A stretch of DNA of 64,000 bases from Candidatus Bathyarchaeota archaeon (lineage in GTDB: Archaea > Thermoproteota > Bathyarchaeia > Bathyarchaeales > Bathycorpusculaceae), in the NCBI GenBank assembly GCA_963772455.1, contig CAVYXJ010000006.1, forward strand, positions 23,721 to 87,720. The letters are read 5' to 3'. How positions within the stretch are numbered: the stretch's first letter is position 1; the number at the start of each line of letters is the position of its first letter. The position numbers and the translations under genes are program-made. Below, piece after piece: positions 1 through 11,308 of the stretch. The notes below the pieces were generated by a model. It did not search any database. It was not told the DNA's origin and was given only the letters and a program-made list of their open reading frames with translations.

Positions 1-295
1 TTTTTATTGGGTCATTGGGGCTTCAAGTCTTGTTAGATTTGCGGTTTAACTATTAAGTGTTAATCAATAGTCAAGCTGTGTTAAAAAATAAGTATTTGTG
101 AGAAGAAGAAGAGTGAAAAATTTGCACTTCTTCTACCCATACCAATCTTCTTCTCTGATAAAAAAATTTTATTCTGTATCTTCAGGTGCATGCTCAATCC
201 AATCGCCCTCTTTGACACCCGCAAGATGTTAATTCTTATAGGTGACATAGAACTGATTAAAAAAGAAAAAAACGGCAGATTTCATTAAGGGCGGC

Positions 296-529
296 TTATT
301 CTTCCATCATTATTAATGTTAAAGTTGATCGTACTCTGCTGAGTGATCTTATTCTGCGTGTTACCATTTCTTTGAGTTTCTCCATTGAGTCAGCTTTAAC
401 CTTAGCAATTATGTCGTAAACGCCGTATGAAAAGTATGCTTCCTCTACGCCCTCAATGGTTTTGAGTTCTTTGACAATATCTTCTTCTGCTCCTGATTCG
501 ACGTTTATTAATACAAAGGCTTGTGGCAT
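296..529 (-). CDS. Stand-alone Lrp/AsnC ligand-binding (RAM) domain protein
   Basis: 77 aa, AFVLINVE...GVYDIIAKV...I..L.RV.ST.T pattern of the AsnC C-terminal domain; no HTH. Confidence 0.9.
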   Translation of the reverse strand: MPQAFVLINVESGAEEDIVKELKTIEGVEEAYFSYGVYDIIAKVKADSMEKLKEMVTRRIRSLSRVRSTLTLIMMEE

Positions 530-659
530 TTAGAATCTCCAAGTACTTAGTACAACACTTGTGATTAATATCTTATGCGTAAAATCCCTTTTTTGTCTCT
601 GAAACCAAAAATCATATGAGCTTAATGCGCCTATGAAGTTATTTGAGGAGACATAAAGT

Positions 660-995
660 TTGGTTTATTGTACAAGATGTGGAACCCTCAATCCGGATAC
701 TGCAATAAATTGTTCTAACTGTGGGGCTCCTCTCGCTGGACCTGAAAGTAGACCTTATTCAAGGTACGAAAGACGAAGATATTACCAAGAGAATTATGGT
801 TACTCACATAGAGGAGGGGGTATTGGGCTTCTCATAGCAGGATTATTCATTATCCTAATTGGGTTAGCAGCCTTTGCTGGTTTTACGGCTTTCTGGAATT
901 ATTTCTGGCCGATTGTAATGATTATTGTTGGCGTATGGATTCTTGTGCTAGGTTTACGGCGCAACCGCAGACGTAACCAAACTACACCATCTTAA
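660..995 (+). CDS. Zinc-ribbon membrane protein
   Basis: N-terminal CxxCG...CxxCG followed by two hydrophobic helices. Confidence 0.8.
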   Translation: MVYCTRCGTLNPDTAINCSNCGAPLAGPESRPYSRYERRRYYQENYGYSHRGGGIGLLIAGLFIILIGLAAFAGFTAFWNYFWPIVMIIVGVWILVLGLRRNRRRNQTTPS

Positions 996-1105
996 TTATT
1001 CGGATGTACAGAATACAAACTTCAAATTGCACGATTTTACAGTTTGGTACACAAAAGAGTTATATTAATTCGGCATGAAAGATGTAAGATATTGCTGGGA
1101 AATGC

Positions 1106-2735
1106 ATGGTTAAGTTCATTTTCGTAACAGGCGGTGTGCTGAGTTCCGTTGGCAAAGGTATCTTAACTTCCTCTATTGGAAAAATGCTTCAAGCAAGAGG
1201 ATTAAAGCCTACAGTTGTAAAAATAGATCCTTACGTTAACATTGACGCGGGAACAATGAACCCGTATATGCATGGCGAAGTCTTCGTTACTGATGACGGT
1301 GGCGAAACTGACTTGGATTTAGGCTGGTATGAACGATTCTTGGATTTAAGCCTAAAACAAGAAAACAACTTAACCACAGGAACAATTTATCAGATCCGTT
1401 ATTGAGAAAGAACGGCATGGAGATTTCTTAGGGCGTTGCGTCCAAATTGTTCCTCATGTGACTAACGAAATAAAAAATCGCATTAGAAACGCTGCTAAAA
1501 TGGTTAATGCTGACATAGTCTTAACAGAAGTTGGAGGGACAGTTGGCGACATTGAGGGCTTGCCGTTTCTAGAAGCGATTCGTCAAATGCGTGTTGAAGA
1601 AGGTTATGAAAATACTTTTTATGTTCATGTTGCTTTGGTGCCCGTCTTAGACGTTACCGGTGAAATGAAGACTAAGCCTCTCCAGCACAGTGTAAATGAA
1701 TTGAGGCGAATCGGTATCCAACCAGACACAATTGTTGCCAGAAGCCCCACAATGATTGACGCTGAAGCACTAAGAAAAATAGCTTTATTCGGCACGATTC
1801 CTGAGAGTGCAGTCTTCTGTTCCTACAACGCTGAAACAGTATATCAAGTTCCTCTAATTCTTGATAAACAGGGTATGGGCGACTTTATTTGCCAGCGTTT
1901 AGGCTTAAAATGTGACGGTAAAGATTTTGGGCAGTGGCAAGTTTTTGTCGACGGTATGATTAATCCTGAACATGAAGTAAAGATCGCATTGGTTGGTAAG
2001 TATGCTGGATTATCAGACAGTTACGTTAGCATGACTGAAGCTCTACGTCATGGAGGGGCAGCGTGCAAAACAAAAGTCTGTATTTCTTATTTAGAAGCAG
2101 AAAAATTCGAACGTGAACCCCAATGTGTTAAAGACTTGTCGAATTTTGATGGAGTTTTCGTTCCTTACGGATTTGGTCCAAGAGGTACAGAAGGAAAGAT
2201 AGCGGCTGCTAGTTATGCACGAGAGAACGATATTCCTTTTCTTGGTATTTGTTATGGCTTTCAGTTGGCTGTTATCGAATTTGCTCGAAACGTTTGCGGG
2301 TTGAAAGATGCTAACAGCACAGAAATCAATCCTGATACGCCTTACCCAGTTATTGACTTAATGCCTGAGCAACGTGGAATAGAGATTAAAGGTGCAACTA
2401 TGCGTTTAGGTGCTCATAAAATAGTTTTACAAAAAAATACGTTAGCTAGTAGCATGTTTGGGCAAGAAGAAATCCATGAGCGCCATCGACACCGCTTTGA
2501 AGTTAACCTTGACTATATCCAAGTGTTGAAAAATAATGGTTTGTGCTTTACAGGGAAGAGTACTGATGGCAAAAGAATGGAGACTTTAGAGTTACCCGAT
2601 AAATATTTCTATTTTGCCTCACAGTTCCATGGAGAATTCAAGAGTCGCCCAGGAAGACCTTCACCGGAATATGCAGGGTTCATTCAAGCTTGTGTAAATA
2701 AGAAGCTTGGCAAACCAAAAACGCCCATTTGTTAA
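1106..2735 (+). CDS. pyrG: CTP synthase, split by an apparent indel near 1395
   Basis: [47 protein letters not shown] motifs; ORFs 1106..1405 and 1458..2735 are joined by one frameshift. Confidence 0.97.
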
Positions 2736-2779
2736 AGAGAAATGGTTAACTAGAAAAGGCTATAATGCTCAGTTGATAC

Positions 2780-3094
2780 TTGACCTTAAAGGAACGATTA
2801 AAAATGGAACCTACTGGAAAAAGAGATTCAAATGCATATAGCAAGAAAATGACTGAAAGCAAGGATGAACTTACTGTATTACAAGAAGAGCTTAACAACA
2901 TAATTGTTCGATTTGTTCTGCGTGCTCTGCGTATCTATCAATCAACAAGACCTGAGCCATTGCGTGTCAACGAAATTGCATTGCTTGTCCGAAATGAAAT
3001 CAAAAATGTTTTGACAGATTTGAATGATCAAACAAACACTGATGTCATCGCAAAGGTGGCAAAAGAAGCTTGGGCAAAAGAAGCCAAGCAATAA
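2780..3094 (+). CDS. Hypothetical helical protein
   Basis: 104-aa ORF after pyrG followed by a T-rich tract; no recognised motif. Confidence 0.65.
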   Translation: MTLKERLKMEPTGKRDSNAYSKKMTESKDELTVLQEELNNIIVRFVLRALRIYQSTRPEPLRVNEIALLVRNEIKNVLTDLNDQTNTDVIAKVAKEAWAKEAKQ

Positions 3095-3202
3095 TTTTTC
3101 TTTTTTTATTAAGTTCTGTATGATTTTTGTAATTAATTTTTAATTAATTGAATTTTTTTAAAAAGATTAATGGGAAGAAAAAAAATTTGTGTGCTTACTG
3201 CG

Positions 3203-3625
3203 TTATTTTCGGCGACAGAATTCTTCCATTATCGACATCAATTTTGGAACCGCGTAGACTATGGCTCTATCATCTAGTAAGCCTACTAGGGCGCCTTGTT
3301 TGTCGACAACTGGTAAGTGTTTGATGTTCCAGTGTTTCATTAGTTTTGCTGCTTCTTCAACGGTTGCGTTTTCGTCAATGACTACGAGTGGGTTTGTGTA
3401 GACCATTCTTGCGATGACTGTTTTTAGTGGGACGTTAGCTTCAACTGCTCTGATTAGGACGTCTTTTACTGTAATGATGCCGGTTGGTTTGCCGCTTTGG
3501 ACGACTAGGATTGCGTCTTTGTCGAATTTGTTCATTATTGCAACTACTTCTTGCATTACTGTGTTGTTGTTTACGACTTTAACGTCTTTTTGCATGATGT
3601 CTTTTACGACGACATTACTTGCCAT
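3203..3625 (-). CDS. CBS-domain pair protein
   Basis: VKDIM, GIITVKD, EAAKLM...IKHLPVVD. Confidence 0.92.
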   Translation of the reverse strand: MASNVVVKDIMQKDVKVVNNNTVMQEVVAIMNKFDKDAILVVQSGKPTGIITVKDVLIRAVEANVPLKTVIARMVYTNPLVVIDENATVEEAAKLMKHWNIKHLPVVDKQGALVGLLDDRAIVYAVPKLMSIMEEFCRRK

Positions 3626-3684
3626 TTAATTTTCACCTATAACGCTATGAGAGAAGCAGTTGTTGTTTATCAATTTTTTGTTTA

Positions 3685-4257
3685 TTGCTCGCATTAAGTG
3701 CAATGCTTAAAGCCTTCTTTCATTTCTTTCATTTTAAGGCGACAGCTTTGGGTAACAACGATTCTAAACCCAACCAACAGTTCTGTGCAACTTTAGATAA
3801 AGCAAAAAACTACGCTGAAGTCTGGAAAATCGTGAAGGAAACCGCAGAATTTACTTTAGGCAAACGTAGAGATAGCATGATGTTGTTTTTAGATGATTTA
3901 CCTCTTCAACTTGGCGCCTACTATCCAGTTGGAACTAACAATATAGTTTTAAACCGCGCACTAGTGGAAATTGTAGAGGCATCTATGAGCGATAAACCCA
4001 CAGTCAACGCATTAATTTACAATCTTTTGCTCCACGAATACCTTCATGCACTTGGCGATTTATCTGAAACTGGCGTCAGGCGGCAAGTTGTGGAAGTTGC
4101 AAAGAAAAGTTTCGGTGAAACATATATTGCCACGGTAATTGCTTGTAAGTCTCCTTGGGTTTTGCTTAAAGATATTCCGCTTGGACCATATAACGCGCCA
4201 AAGCGTGTTATGCAAATTGTTCATGATTTTGAGAAAACAAGTCGATATGTCGTTTAG
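3685..4257 (+). CDS. Putative zinc metallopeptidase-like protein (true start probably downstream)
   Basis: LLHEYLHALG HExxH motif. Confidence 0.65.
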   Translation: MLALSAMLKAFFHFFHFKATALGNNDSKPNQQFCATLDKAKNYAEVWKIVKETAEFTLGKRRDSMMLFLDDLPLQLGAYYPVGTNNIVLNRALVEIVEASMSDKPTVNALIYNLLLHEYLHALGDLSETGVRRQVVEVAKKSFGETYIATVIACKSPWVLLKDIPLGPYNAPKRVMQIVHDFEKTSRYVV

Positions 4258-4351
4258 GTTAACGATGTAGATAATTGGTTAACCTGCTTCAAGAGTTGGA
4301 ATTCAAAGCTTAAATGATACAACCCCGTTTCAATTCCAAAAGAGGCAAAAG

Positions 4352-5273
4352 GTGTTGGCTAACCAAAAAATATCCGATGGCGACTACGTTCTAATTTACT
4401 TAGACGCACGCAGAACATACATGATTAAGATGCAAGCAGGACAGACTTTTCACACGCACAAAGGATACCTGAAACTTGACGAGGTCATCGGTAAAGAATA
4501 TGGCGAACCCATCAAAAGCAGTATGGGTATCTACTTCACTACCCTCAAACCTAGCTTAACCGATTATATCATGAAGTCCAGCCGCAACACACAAATCATT
4601 TACCCCAAAGATGCTGCATTAATTGTTATGTTTAGCGGCATTGGACCAGGAAGCCGAGTTATTGAATCCGGAACTGGAACCGGTTCACTAACAACAGCTT
4701 TGGCACATTACGTTGGATCAACAGGTAAAGTGTACACTTACGAACTTCGCAGTGAATTTCAAAAAAACGCTGCCAAAAACTTGGAACGAGCAAAACTGAT
4801 AAGCCATGTTGAAATGAAAAGCGGCGATGTCACATTAGGCTATGAAGAGCGCGATGTTGATGCCGTAATCTTGGATCTTGCAGTTCCTTGGTTAGTTGTT
4901 CCGCATGCCTTCACAGCTCTTAAACCGTCAGGTGTTCTTGTTTCATTTAGTCCAACAATCGATCAAGTAGTAAAAACCACTGAGGCACTTCGCGAAAATG
5001 GATTCGTGTTCATTGAAACAATTGAATGTTTGATGCGTACAATGCAGGTAGAACGTGGAAAAACGCGACCAAATACTATGATGACTGGACACACTGGTTA
5101 TATTACTCATGCAAGAAAAATCATTATGCCTCCAGTTCAAGAAACTCCCCAGGTGTCAATACAAGGAAGAAACCGTAGTCAGGAATGAGCTTCAGCAAAA
5201 CGATTTGCTGAAAGATCTAGTAGAATCTCAAGATGAAAATGTTGAAGAAGTGGCAGAAGAAGAATCTGCCTAA
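4352..5273 (+). CDS. trmI: tRNA (adenine-N1)-methyltransferase, TrmI/GCD14 family; acidic tail reached through an indel near 5165
   Basis: TQIIYPKD, ESGTGTGSLT SAM-binding motif, LDLAVPW, GHTGY; the alternative frame continues EETVVRNE...EEESA* to 5273. Confidence 0.93.
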
Positions 5274-6896
5274 GCTCTATTTTTCATTTTTCGTTGTTTT
5301 GATTCAGGCAATGGCATGCTTAGTGACCAGACGGCTTGTTTTAGTTGTTCGCTCTTTTCGCCGCGTGTTAAGCCATAGTAAGCTCCAAGTATTTTGCCGA
5401 AGTATGGGATGAGGACTTGGTCAAATGTCTTGTAGATTAGTGGGTTGGCGAGGCGGTTTTCTAGGAAGGTTGGTTTCCAGATTTTAACATTGTATTCCCA
5501 GCATTTAATGAAAAAGTCCCATCTTGCTTTGGATAGTGAATCCATTTCGGCGCCTTTTTTGTTCATCAAGACGCAGTTTTCGAGTGGTACAAAGAAAAGC
5601 GGGACGTAGAATGCGTTGAAATCTTTGAGTTTATCCATTAATTCCAGTGTTTGAAGCATGTCTTCTTCTTTCTCATCTGGTAACCCAATAATCAGTGTTG
5701 CCAGAGGATACCAGTCATTATCGTTTAAGATACCGAAAGCGTTGGTGACGACTTCTTGCCATTGTTCTGGTTTAAATGGCAACATCTTTCCTGCCATGTA
5801 CTTCTTCATGAGACGTGGACTTCCAGTTTCGACGCCTGTTTCAGCTGTAATAATTGGTTTTTTACCGAAAGAATACCAGCTTTTCTCAATGAGAATTTCT
5901 GATAGTTGTTTAATCATTAACGGATCATGCCAAATAGGAGCCAACGACATGTGTGACGCTTGGATGCTTTTTACACCAGGGTAATCAGCCACGCTCTTAA
6001 CTAGTTTAACAACAGCTTCTCGGTTAGGAATGAATGTTTTGTCAGTTGTGCCATAAAGGAAAAGATCTTCTGTGATTAGAGTTATGTGGTCACTGCCTTG
6101 GGAGGTACTTAGAGCCACTTCTTGCATGATTTTTTCTATAGGTACATCGACTTTATTTTGCATGGTTGGTGTACAGAATTGGCAATTGCGTCCGCATCCT
6201 TTGGAAATTTCAACTGCGCCGTGGACTGCTACATTCTTGTTCAGAGGCATTTCTTGATTGTAGTTCCAGTTGCTTAGGGATTCATCAGCTTTAGCTATAC
6301 GTGGAATTGGTTCTCCATTTACAGCTTTTTTGAAGATTTCCAATATTGGTTTTGGTCTTCCACCGATAAGAACACAATTTACGCCGTAATTGTCAGAAAC
6401 ATGTTTGCGTTCAAGCTGCCATGAACCAAAGCCCCCTACAATTATTTTTGGCTTATATTTTCTGATGCTAGGGTGCATGATAAGTTTCTTAAATTCGATG
6501 GCGTTTAGTGGTTCGCCGCCTCCTACGATTGAGGAGTATGTTTTGCTTACGTAGCCCATACCTGTTGGGTCCATGGAGGAAATGCCAACAACTTTTGTTT
6601 GTGGGCCTATGAAGTTTTGTAAATCGTCAGGGTGAACTACTGCGATATCTTGCGGTGAAAAGCCGCCTTCTAGAAGGATAGCTTCAACTTTTCGTAGTCC
6701 GTATGGAGCGTAGTTGGCTTGTCCGTCAGGTTTGCGTCCACAATGTGGATAAAGTGTTTTTCTGACGTATGATAATGGAAGAGGACCTTTGCCAAAGCCT
6801 CCCACGAATGCTATGAATGGATTATTGAAAAAATCGCTCATTTCTGTAGTATGATGCGGTTAGAACGATTTTTCTGCCCAATACTGCTGATGCCAA
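5270..6896 (-). CDS. B12-binding-domain radical SAM protein; N-terminus frameshifted near 6850
   Basis: GCGRNCQFC CxxxCxxC motif, APYGLRKVEA, GVETGS; upstream frame encodes a KIVLTA N-terminus. Confidence 0.88.
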
Positions 6897-7323
6897 CCTT
6901 GTTTTCCTCTTAAATAGGCTTAATGATTAGTCCATACCCCTTTTAAGAATTACTATCGATTAGTATGTTGGCTTTATGGCGATTACCTAAATTTGGTACG
7001 GTACTTGTTTACTGTTTCTTATTCTTGACACTTTTCCTTTGGCGGAATTTGATATTCATTATTATAGTTCTTTAAAAACGAAAATCACGTTCAAAGAGTC
7101 ACGTTTTTATTGAATTTTTTAAGTGGGCATATAAATCAAATTTTAGCTGTCTCCTTGCAGTTAGAGTTGTCGGGATGGAGAAAGGAATTTTGGTTTAGAA
7201 AAAATTTAGTACGAAAGTTAAAATTGGAAGCTTTTAAACTCTGCGTTTTAGCTTATAAGTTAAAACAATTTTTTATACCGTTGCTTACTCAGTGAAGTCA
7301 GAGATAACTTAGGAGAAATTATT

Positions 7324-7974
7324 TTGGTTAATCATTTCATAGATCGATGGACAAAAAAAGAGAGTGAGCCATCTATTGCATCAAAAATTAAGAATGTTGC
7401 CAAGCCTCAGCAAGATTTGAAAGAGCAAATAGGCGCGGTAATTCAACGTTTAGATTTTCAGACTCAATCTTTGGATAGGGCAGTAAAACGTTTTGAGGTA
7501 CGTGATGGAGATATCTTTCAACGTGTTGTTAAGGCAATGACTGAAAGAGATACTGCAAGAGCGAATATTCTTGCCACAGAACTTGGGGAAATACGTAAAG
7601 TTGAAAAAATGTTGTCCCACGCTTCTCTTGCTCTGCAGAGCGTTTCAATGAGGCTTAGTACAGTTTCAGAAATGGGTGACGTAGTTTCAGTTTTGAGTCC
7701 TGCAAAAAGCATGTTAAACAGCATTCGCTCAGAAATGTGCAGTGTTCTTCCAGAAGCAAGTCAAGAACTTGGAAACATCGGAAATCTACTCTCAGACATA
7801 GTTACTACGACTAACCAAGGAAATGATATTCCAGAGAATAATATAATGGCAAGTGCAGATGCAATGGCAATTCTAGAAGAAGCAGAGGTAGCTGCTGAGA
7901 AGAGGCTTGGTGAAAAGTTTCCTGAGATTGGTTCGGGAGCTGTTATGAATAGGCGAACGAGCATTGAAGTATAA
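7324..7974 (+). CDS. Snf7/ESCRT-III family protein, CdvB-like paralogue
   Basis: Helical protein with ELGEIRKV..ML...L..V..RL.TV.E.GD and a C-terminal AILEEAE..AE..L..KFP, as in TACK CdvB paralogues. Confidence 0.85.
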   Translation: MVNHFIDRWTKKESEPSIASKIKNVAKPQQDLKEQIGAVIQRLDFQTQSLDRAVKRFEVRDGDIFQRVVKAMTERDTARANILATELGEIRKVEKMLSHASLALQSVSMRLSTVSEMGDVVSVLSPAKSMLNSIRSEMCSVLPEASQELGNIGNLLSDIVTTTNQGNDIPENNIMASADAMAILEEAEVAAEKRLGEKFPEIGSGAVMNRRTSIEV

Positions 7975-8078
7975 TGCTTGACACCATATTTGAGAATCTG
8001 AATAGGTGTTAACGTTTCCAGAAAAATTATAGCACTCACTAAGTGAGAGGTCCTCCCTTTTTAGATCAAATTGTCTAC

Positions 8079-9200
8079 CTACGCAACTTGAAGCATGCTG
8101 ATCAATATTGATGTTAGCTTTCCGAGAAGAAAAGTCAATCCAGACAAGAATAAGCCTGCTATAATTAACTCTATTACTTTCTTTTTTACGTCAATTTGAG
8201 CTACAACTGCAGCCAATGAACCTATTATCGAAAGCAAAATTACAGTGATTATCACCGAAGCTAAAATCGAAAAATCTATCGAATAACCAAGTAGAAACGG
8301 CAATAAAGGTAAGATTGTTCCAATAGTTTTGAACAAACCGTATTGAAGTGCATTTATGAATGGGTCACCCAAAGTTTTCTCTCCAATTCCATATTCTTCC
8401 TCAGCAATTATTCGATCAAGCATGTTTTTTTTAAGAGCTTCAAGTGCAATTGACTTAGCAATTTCTGGATCGTAATTCTTGTTCTTCATGTACTTTTCAA
8501 TTCTTTTTTGATAAGCTTCGGGTGCGCACTCGCAAGTCAACTTTATGCGTTTAAGAATGTCTTCTTTGAGCCGTTTTTCGGTTCTTGTGAAAAAGTAGGA
8601 ACCTACAACTGTACTCAAGGTTGCAGCAACCCCAACTATTAGACCTGCTACGCCGATAAAAATAGAATTTGCATAGACTCCTGAAAGACCAATGGCTGTA
8701 GAAAGCACAATAACTAAACCATCACTTGTCTGAGAGAAAATGGGTCCTATTTTATTTATGAAAACCTTGTATTTGCCAGAGTACTCAACAAATTCTTGTT
8801 CATGTGCCAGTTCATCCAACAAGAAAATCTTAACGTTCTTTTTTTCAGTTGGAGAAAGCAAATCAGACTTAGATACTTTCAGAAAAATCTCAATGACTCT
8901 GCGTTCCCCAGACTCTAAAAGCTTCAAGGTTAATCCTAATCCGAGTAAACCGTAAATGAAAGCAAGAAAAGAAACCTGAAATTGACTTACCTTTACATTG
9001 TTAGGGTCGATTTTTCTATCAAGTAAGAAATTTCTCCAAAAAGCAGAGTGCCCTTTCTCTACCTCAGAAAACTCTAGTAACTTTTTTGAAATATCATCTT
9101 TACGGAACTTTTCGGCAAGCTTTAGATAAATGAATGCTACTGTAAGCTCTGTTTTTAGTCCTCTTTTAGCGATATTAATGACGTCGGACTCAGAAATCAT
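8079..9200 (-). CDS. Ferritin/rubrerythrin-like domain fused to a VIT1/CCC1 iron transporter
   Basis: ExxH pairs (EKGH, ELAHE) at the N-terminus, DGLV motif and multi-TM C-terminus. Confidence 0.85.
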   Translation of the reverse strand: MISESDVINIAKRGLKTELTVAFIYLKLAEKFRKDDISKKLLEFSEVEKGHSAFWRNFLLDRKIDPNNVKVSQFQVSFLAFIYGLLGLGLTLKLLESGERRVIEIFLKVSKSDLLSPTEKKNVKIFLLDELAHEQEFVEYSGKYKVFINKIGPIFSQTSDGLVIVLSTAIGLSGVYANSIFIGVAGLIVGVAATLSTVVGSYFFTRTEKRLKEDILKRIKLTCECAPEAYQKRIEKYMKNKNYDPEIAKSIALEALKKNMLDRIIAEEEYGIGEKTLGDPFINALQYGLFKTIGTILPLLPFLLGYSIDFSILASVIITVILLSIIGSLAAVVAQIDVKKKVIELIIAGLFLSGLTFLLGKLTSILISMLQVA

Positions 9201-9394
9201 AAGTTTAACATCTGCTTTATCATGCCATTAAAAGATATGTGACTTCACGATGCAACTACATTTTAGAAGATTGTATTCAAGTGACTGAGTCTTGGCCGTC
9301 TATAGTCTAATTAATTTAGTTTGTGACCCGAATCAGAACCAACAACTCCTTATATCATCGAAAGCAACAATTTTTTTGTATTCTGGTGGATTAA

Positions 9395-9922
9395 ATGAAA
9401 AAAATGTTAATTTTGCTGGAAAATGGTGTTGAAGATTCTGAGTTCATTTATCCTTATTATCGTTTTCAGGAAGCAGGTTACAAAATGGATATTGTTGCAC
9501 CAAAAGCAAAAAAGGAATATATTGGAAAACGCGGAGGAACATTCATCTCGGAATTTTCGCCCAATGAAATTGAGTTGGATCTTTACGATGCGGTTATTAT
9601 TCCTGGTGGACAAGCGCCAGACAAAATGAGAATTCATCAAGATATGGTAGATATAATAAAGTCGGCAAATGGCAAAGGAAAAGTTATTGCTGCAATTTGT
9701 CATGGACCGCAGATGCTCATTGAGGCTGATATTGTTAAAGGGAAACTGGTTACAAGTTGGCCTTCTGTTAGAACGGATTTGAAAAATTCAGGAGCAAGAG
9801 TTGTTGACGAAGCTTCTGTTGTTGATGGAAACATTGTGACTTCTCGTTCTCCTAGTGACTTGCCAGAATTTTGTAGATCAGTGTTAAATCTTTTGGCTAC
9901 TTGGCGCGACAATTCGGCATAA
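9395..9922 (+). CDS. pfpI: PfpI/DJ-1 family protease/deglycase
   Basis: EDSEF.YP, IPGG, AAICHGP, TSRSPSDL. Confidence 0.92.
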   Translation: MKKMLILLENGVEDSEFIYPYYRFQEAGYKMDIVAPKAKKEYIGKRGGTFISEFSPNEIELDLYDAVIIPGGQAPDKMRIHQDMVDIIKSANGKGKVIAAICHGPQMLIEADIVKGKLVTSWPSVRTDLKNSGARVVDEASVVDGNIVTSRSPSDLPEFCRSVLNLLATWRDNSA

Positions 9923-10061
9923 TAAAATTCAAGTGTCATGCGGAGCTTCACATGTTGGAAGGACAAACGCATGCTGTTGCTTCTGAAGTTATTGCTCCAG
10001 TGTTAATTGAATTTTTTAAAAAATAAAGTATCTATTTTCTTTTTGTTGATCGTTCTTTTTT

Positions 10062-10110
10062 CGCCTGGGAAACCTATACTTCTTCGATAATATAGGATTT
10101 CCCAAGACGT
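10062..10110. other. Intergenic bulged inverted repeat
   Basis: TGGGAAA-CCTATA-N12-TATAGG-A-TTTCCCA (10066..10104), with imperfect extension. Confidence 0.6.
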
Positions 10111-10284
10111 TGCCGTCTGGGTAACTCTGAGCTTTCATCCAAATTAATGTCAAGCTAATGCCTTCTCATCATTCGGCAACACAATAATTACGTCAGAAAG
10201 ATAAAAGGATTGATACATCAAAGAAAAATTGTCAGGGAACACTTTTATTTTTCGAAACAGATAATCAATGCAGGAGTTTAGAAA

Positions 10285-10858
10285 ATGGATTTTGTTGGAA
10301 GTCAAACCGAAAAGAATCTTTTAGCAGCGTTTGCAGGAGAATCCCAAGCGCGCAATAGATACACATTCTTTGCTAGTGTCGCAAAAAAAGCCGGGTATGA
10401 ACAAATTGGAGCGATTTTTGAAGAAACAGCAGGCAACGAGAAAGAGCATGCCGAACTATTCCTTAAGCATCTCAAAGGCGGAATGGTTGAAATAAAAGCT
10501 TCGTATCCAGCAGGCTTAATCGCGTCAACTGCTGATCATCTTAAAGCTGCAGCTGAAGGAGAAAAGTTTGAGTGGGGAACACTCTACCCGAATTTTGGAG
10601 ATATCGCGGAGAAAGAGGGTTTTCCAGAAGTTGCTCGAACATTCCGAATGATTGCAAACGTTGAAGTCTACCACGAGCGCAGGTACAACAAATTACTTGA
10701 AAGTCTTCAACAAGGCAAAGTATTTAAAAAAGACGCACCGGTGAAATGGAAATGCAGAAACTGCGGCTTAGTCATCGAAGGATCAAATGCACCCGATATG
10801 TGCCCAACTTGTCAGCATCCCAAATCATACTTTGAAGTTTCGGGTGGAAAACTACTAA
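10285..10858 (+). CDS. rbr: Rubrerythrin; true stop probably 10858 after an indel near 10840
   Basis: AFAGESQARNRY, EKEHA, WKCRNCG...CPTC rubredoxin-like domain; shifted frame gives the typical ENY* end. Confidence 0.95.
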
Positions 10859-10955
10859 CAAACACACTTTTTTCTTTGTTTTATTTTCCAATTGGCAAAA
10901 TTACTGAGATTTAAGTTCTCTTATTGCAAAAAATTACTTTTTGGTTTTTTCTTTT

Positions 10956-11219
10956 TCATATTCCTTTACCATTTGCTTTAGCTTCTTTTTCCAATTCTAA
11001 TTCATATGCATGTTCATTGACCATTGGCGGCATTTCATCTTTCTTAACTAAATCATTAGGTTGTACAATACGTCTTTCACCCGTTTTGACGGGGACTTTT
11101 TCTCCTTCAATGCAATCTTTAAAATCTTCCAATGCTTCAACAATCCAGTATCCTTCACTTTCTGTAACAACCTTAACTTTGTATAATCCTTTATAGTAAA
11201 ATTGGCTCATTAAAACCAC
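10956..11219 (-). CDS. Hypothetical small protein
   Basis: 87-aa ORF with plausible composition and an upstream AT-rich promoter region. Confidence 0.6.
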   Translation of the reverse strand: MVLMSQFYYKGLYKVKVVTESEGYWIVEALEDFKDCIEGEKVPVKTGERRIVQPNDLVKKDEMPPMVNEHAYELELEKEAKANGKGI

Positions 11220-11308
11220 ACATATAGTTTGGTTTTTAAGTAAATAACTTTTACTTGAAGTTGAAATATTAAATCTTGCCTTCTATTTCTACAACAAGTC
11301 AGAAGGAT

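Noticed and set aside
1380-1460. Programmed frameshift or genuine split in pyrG
   Set aside because: No slippery heptamer, and similar indels occur throughout the window, so sequencing error is more parsimonious
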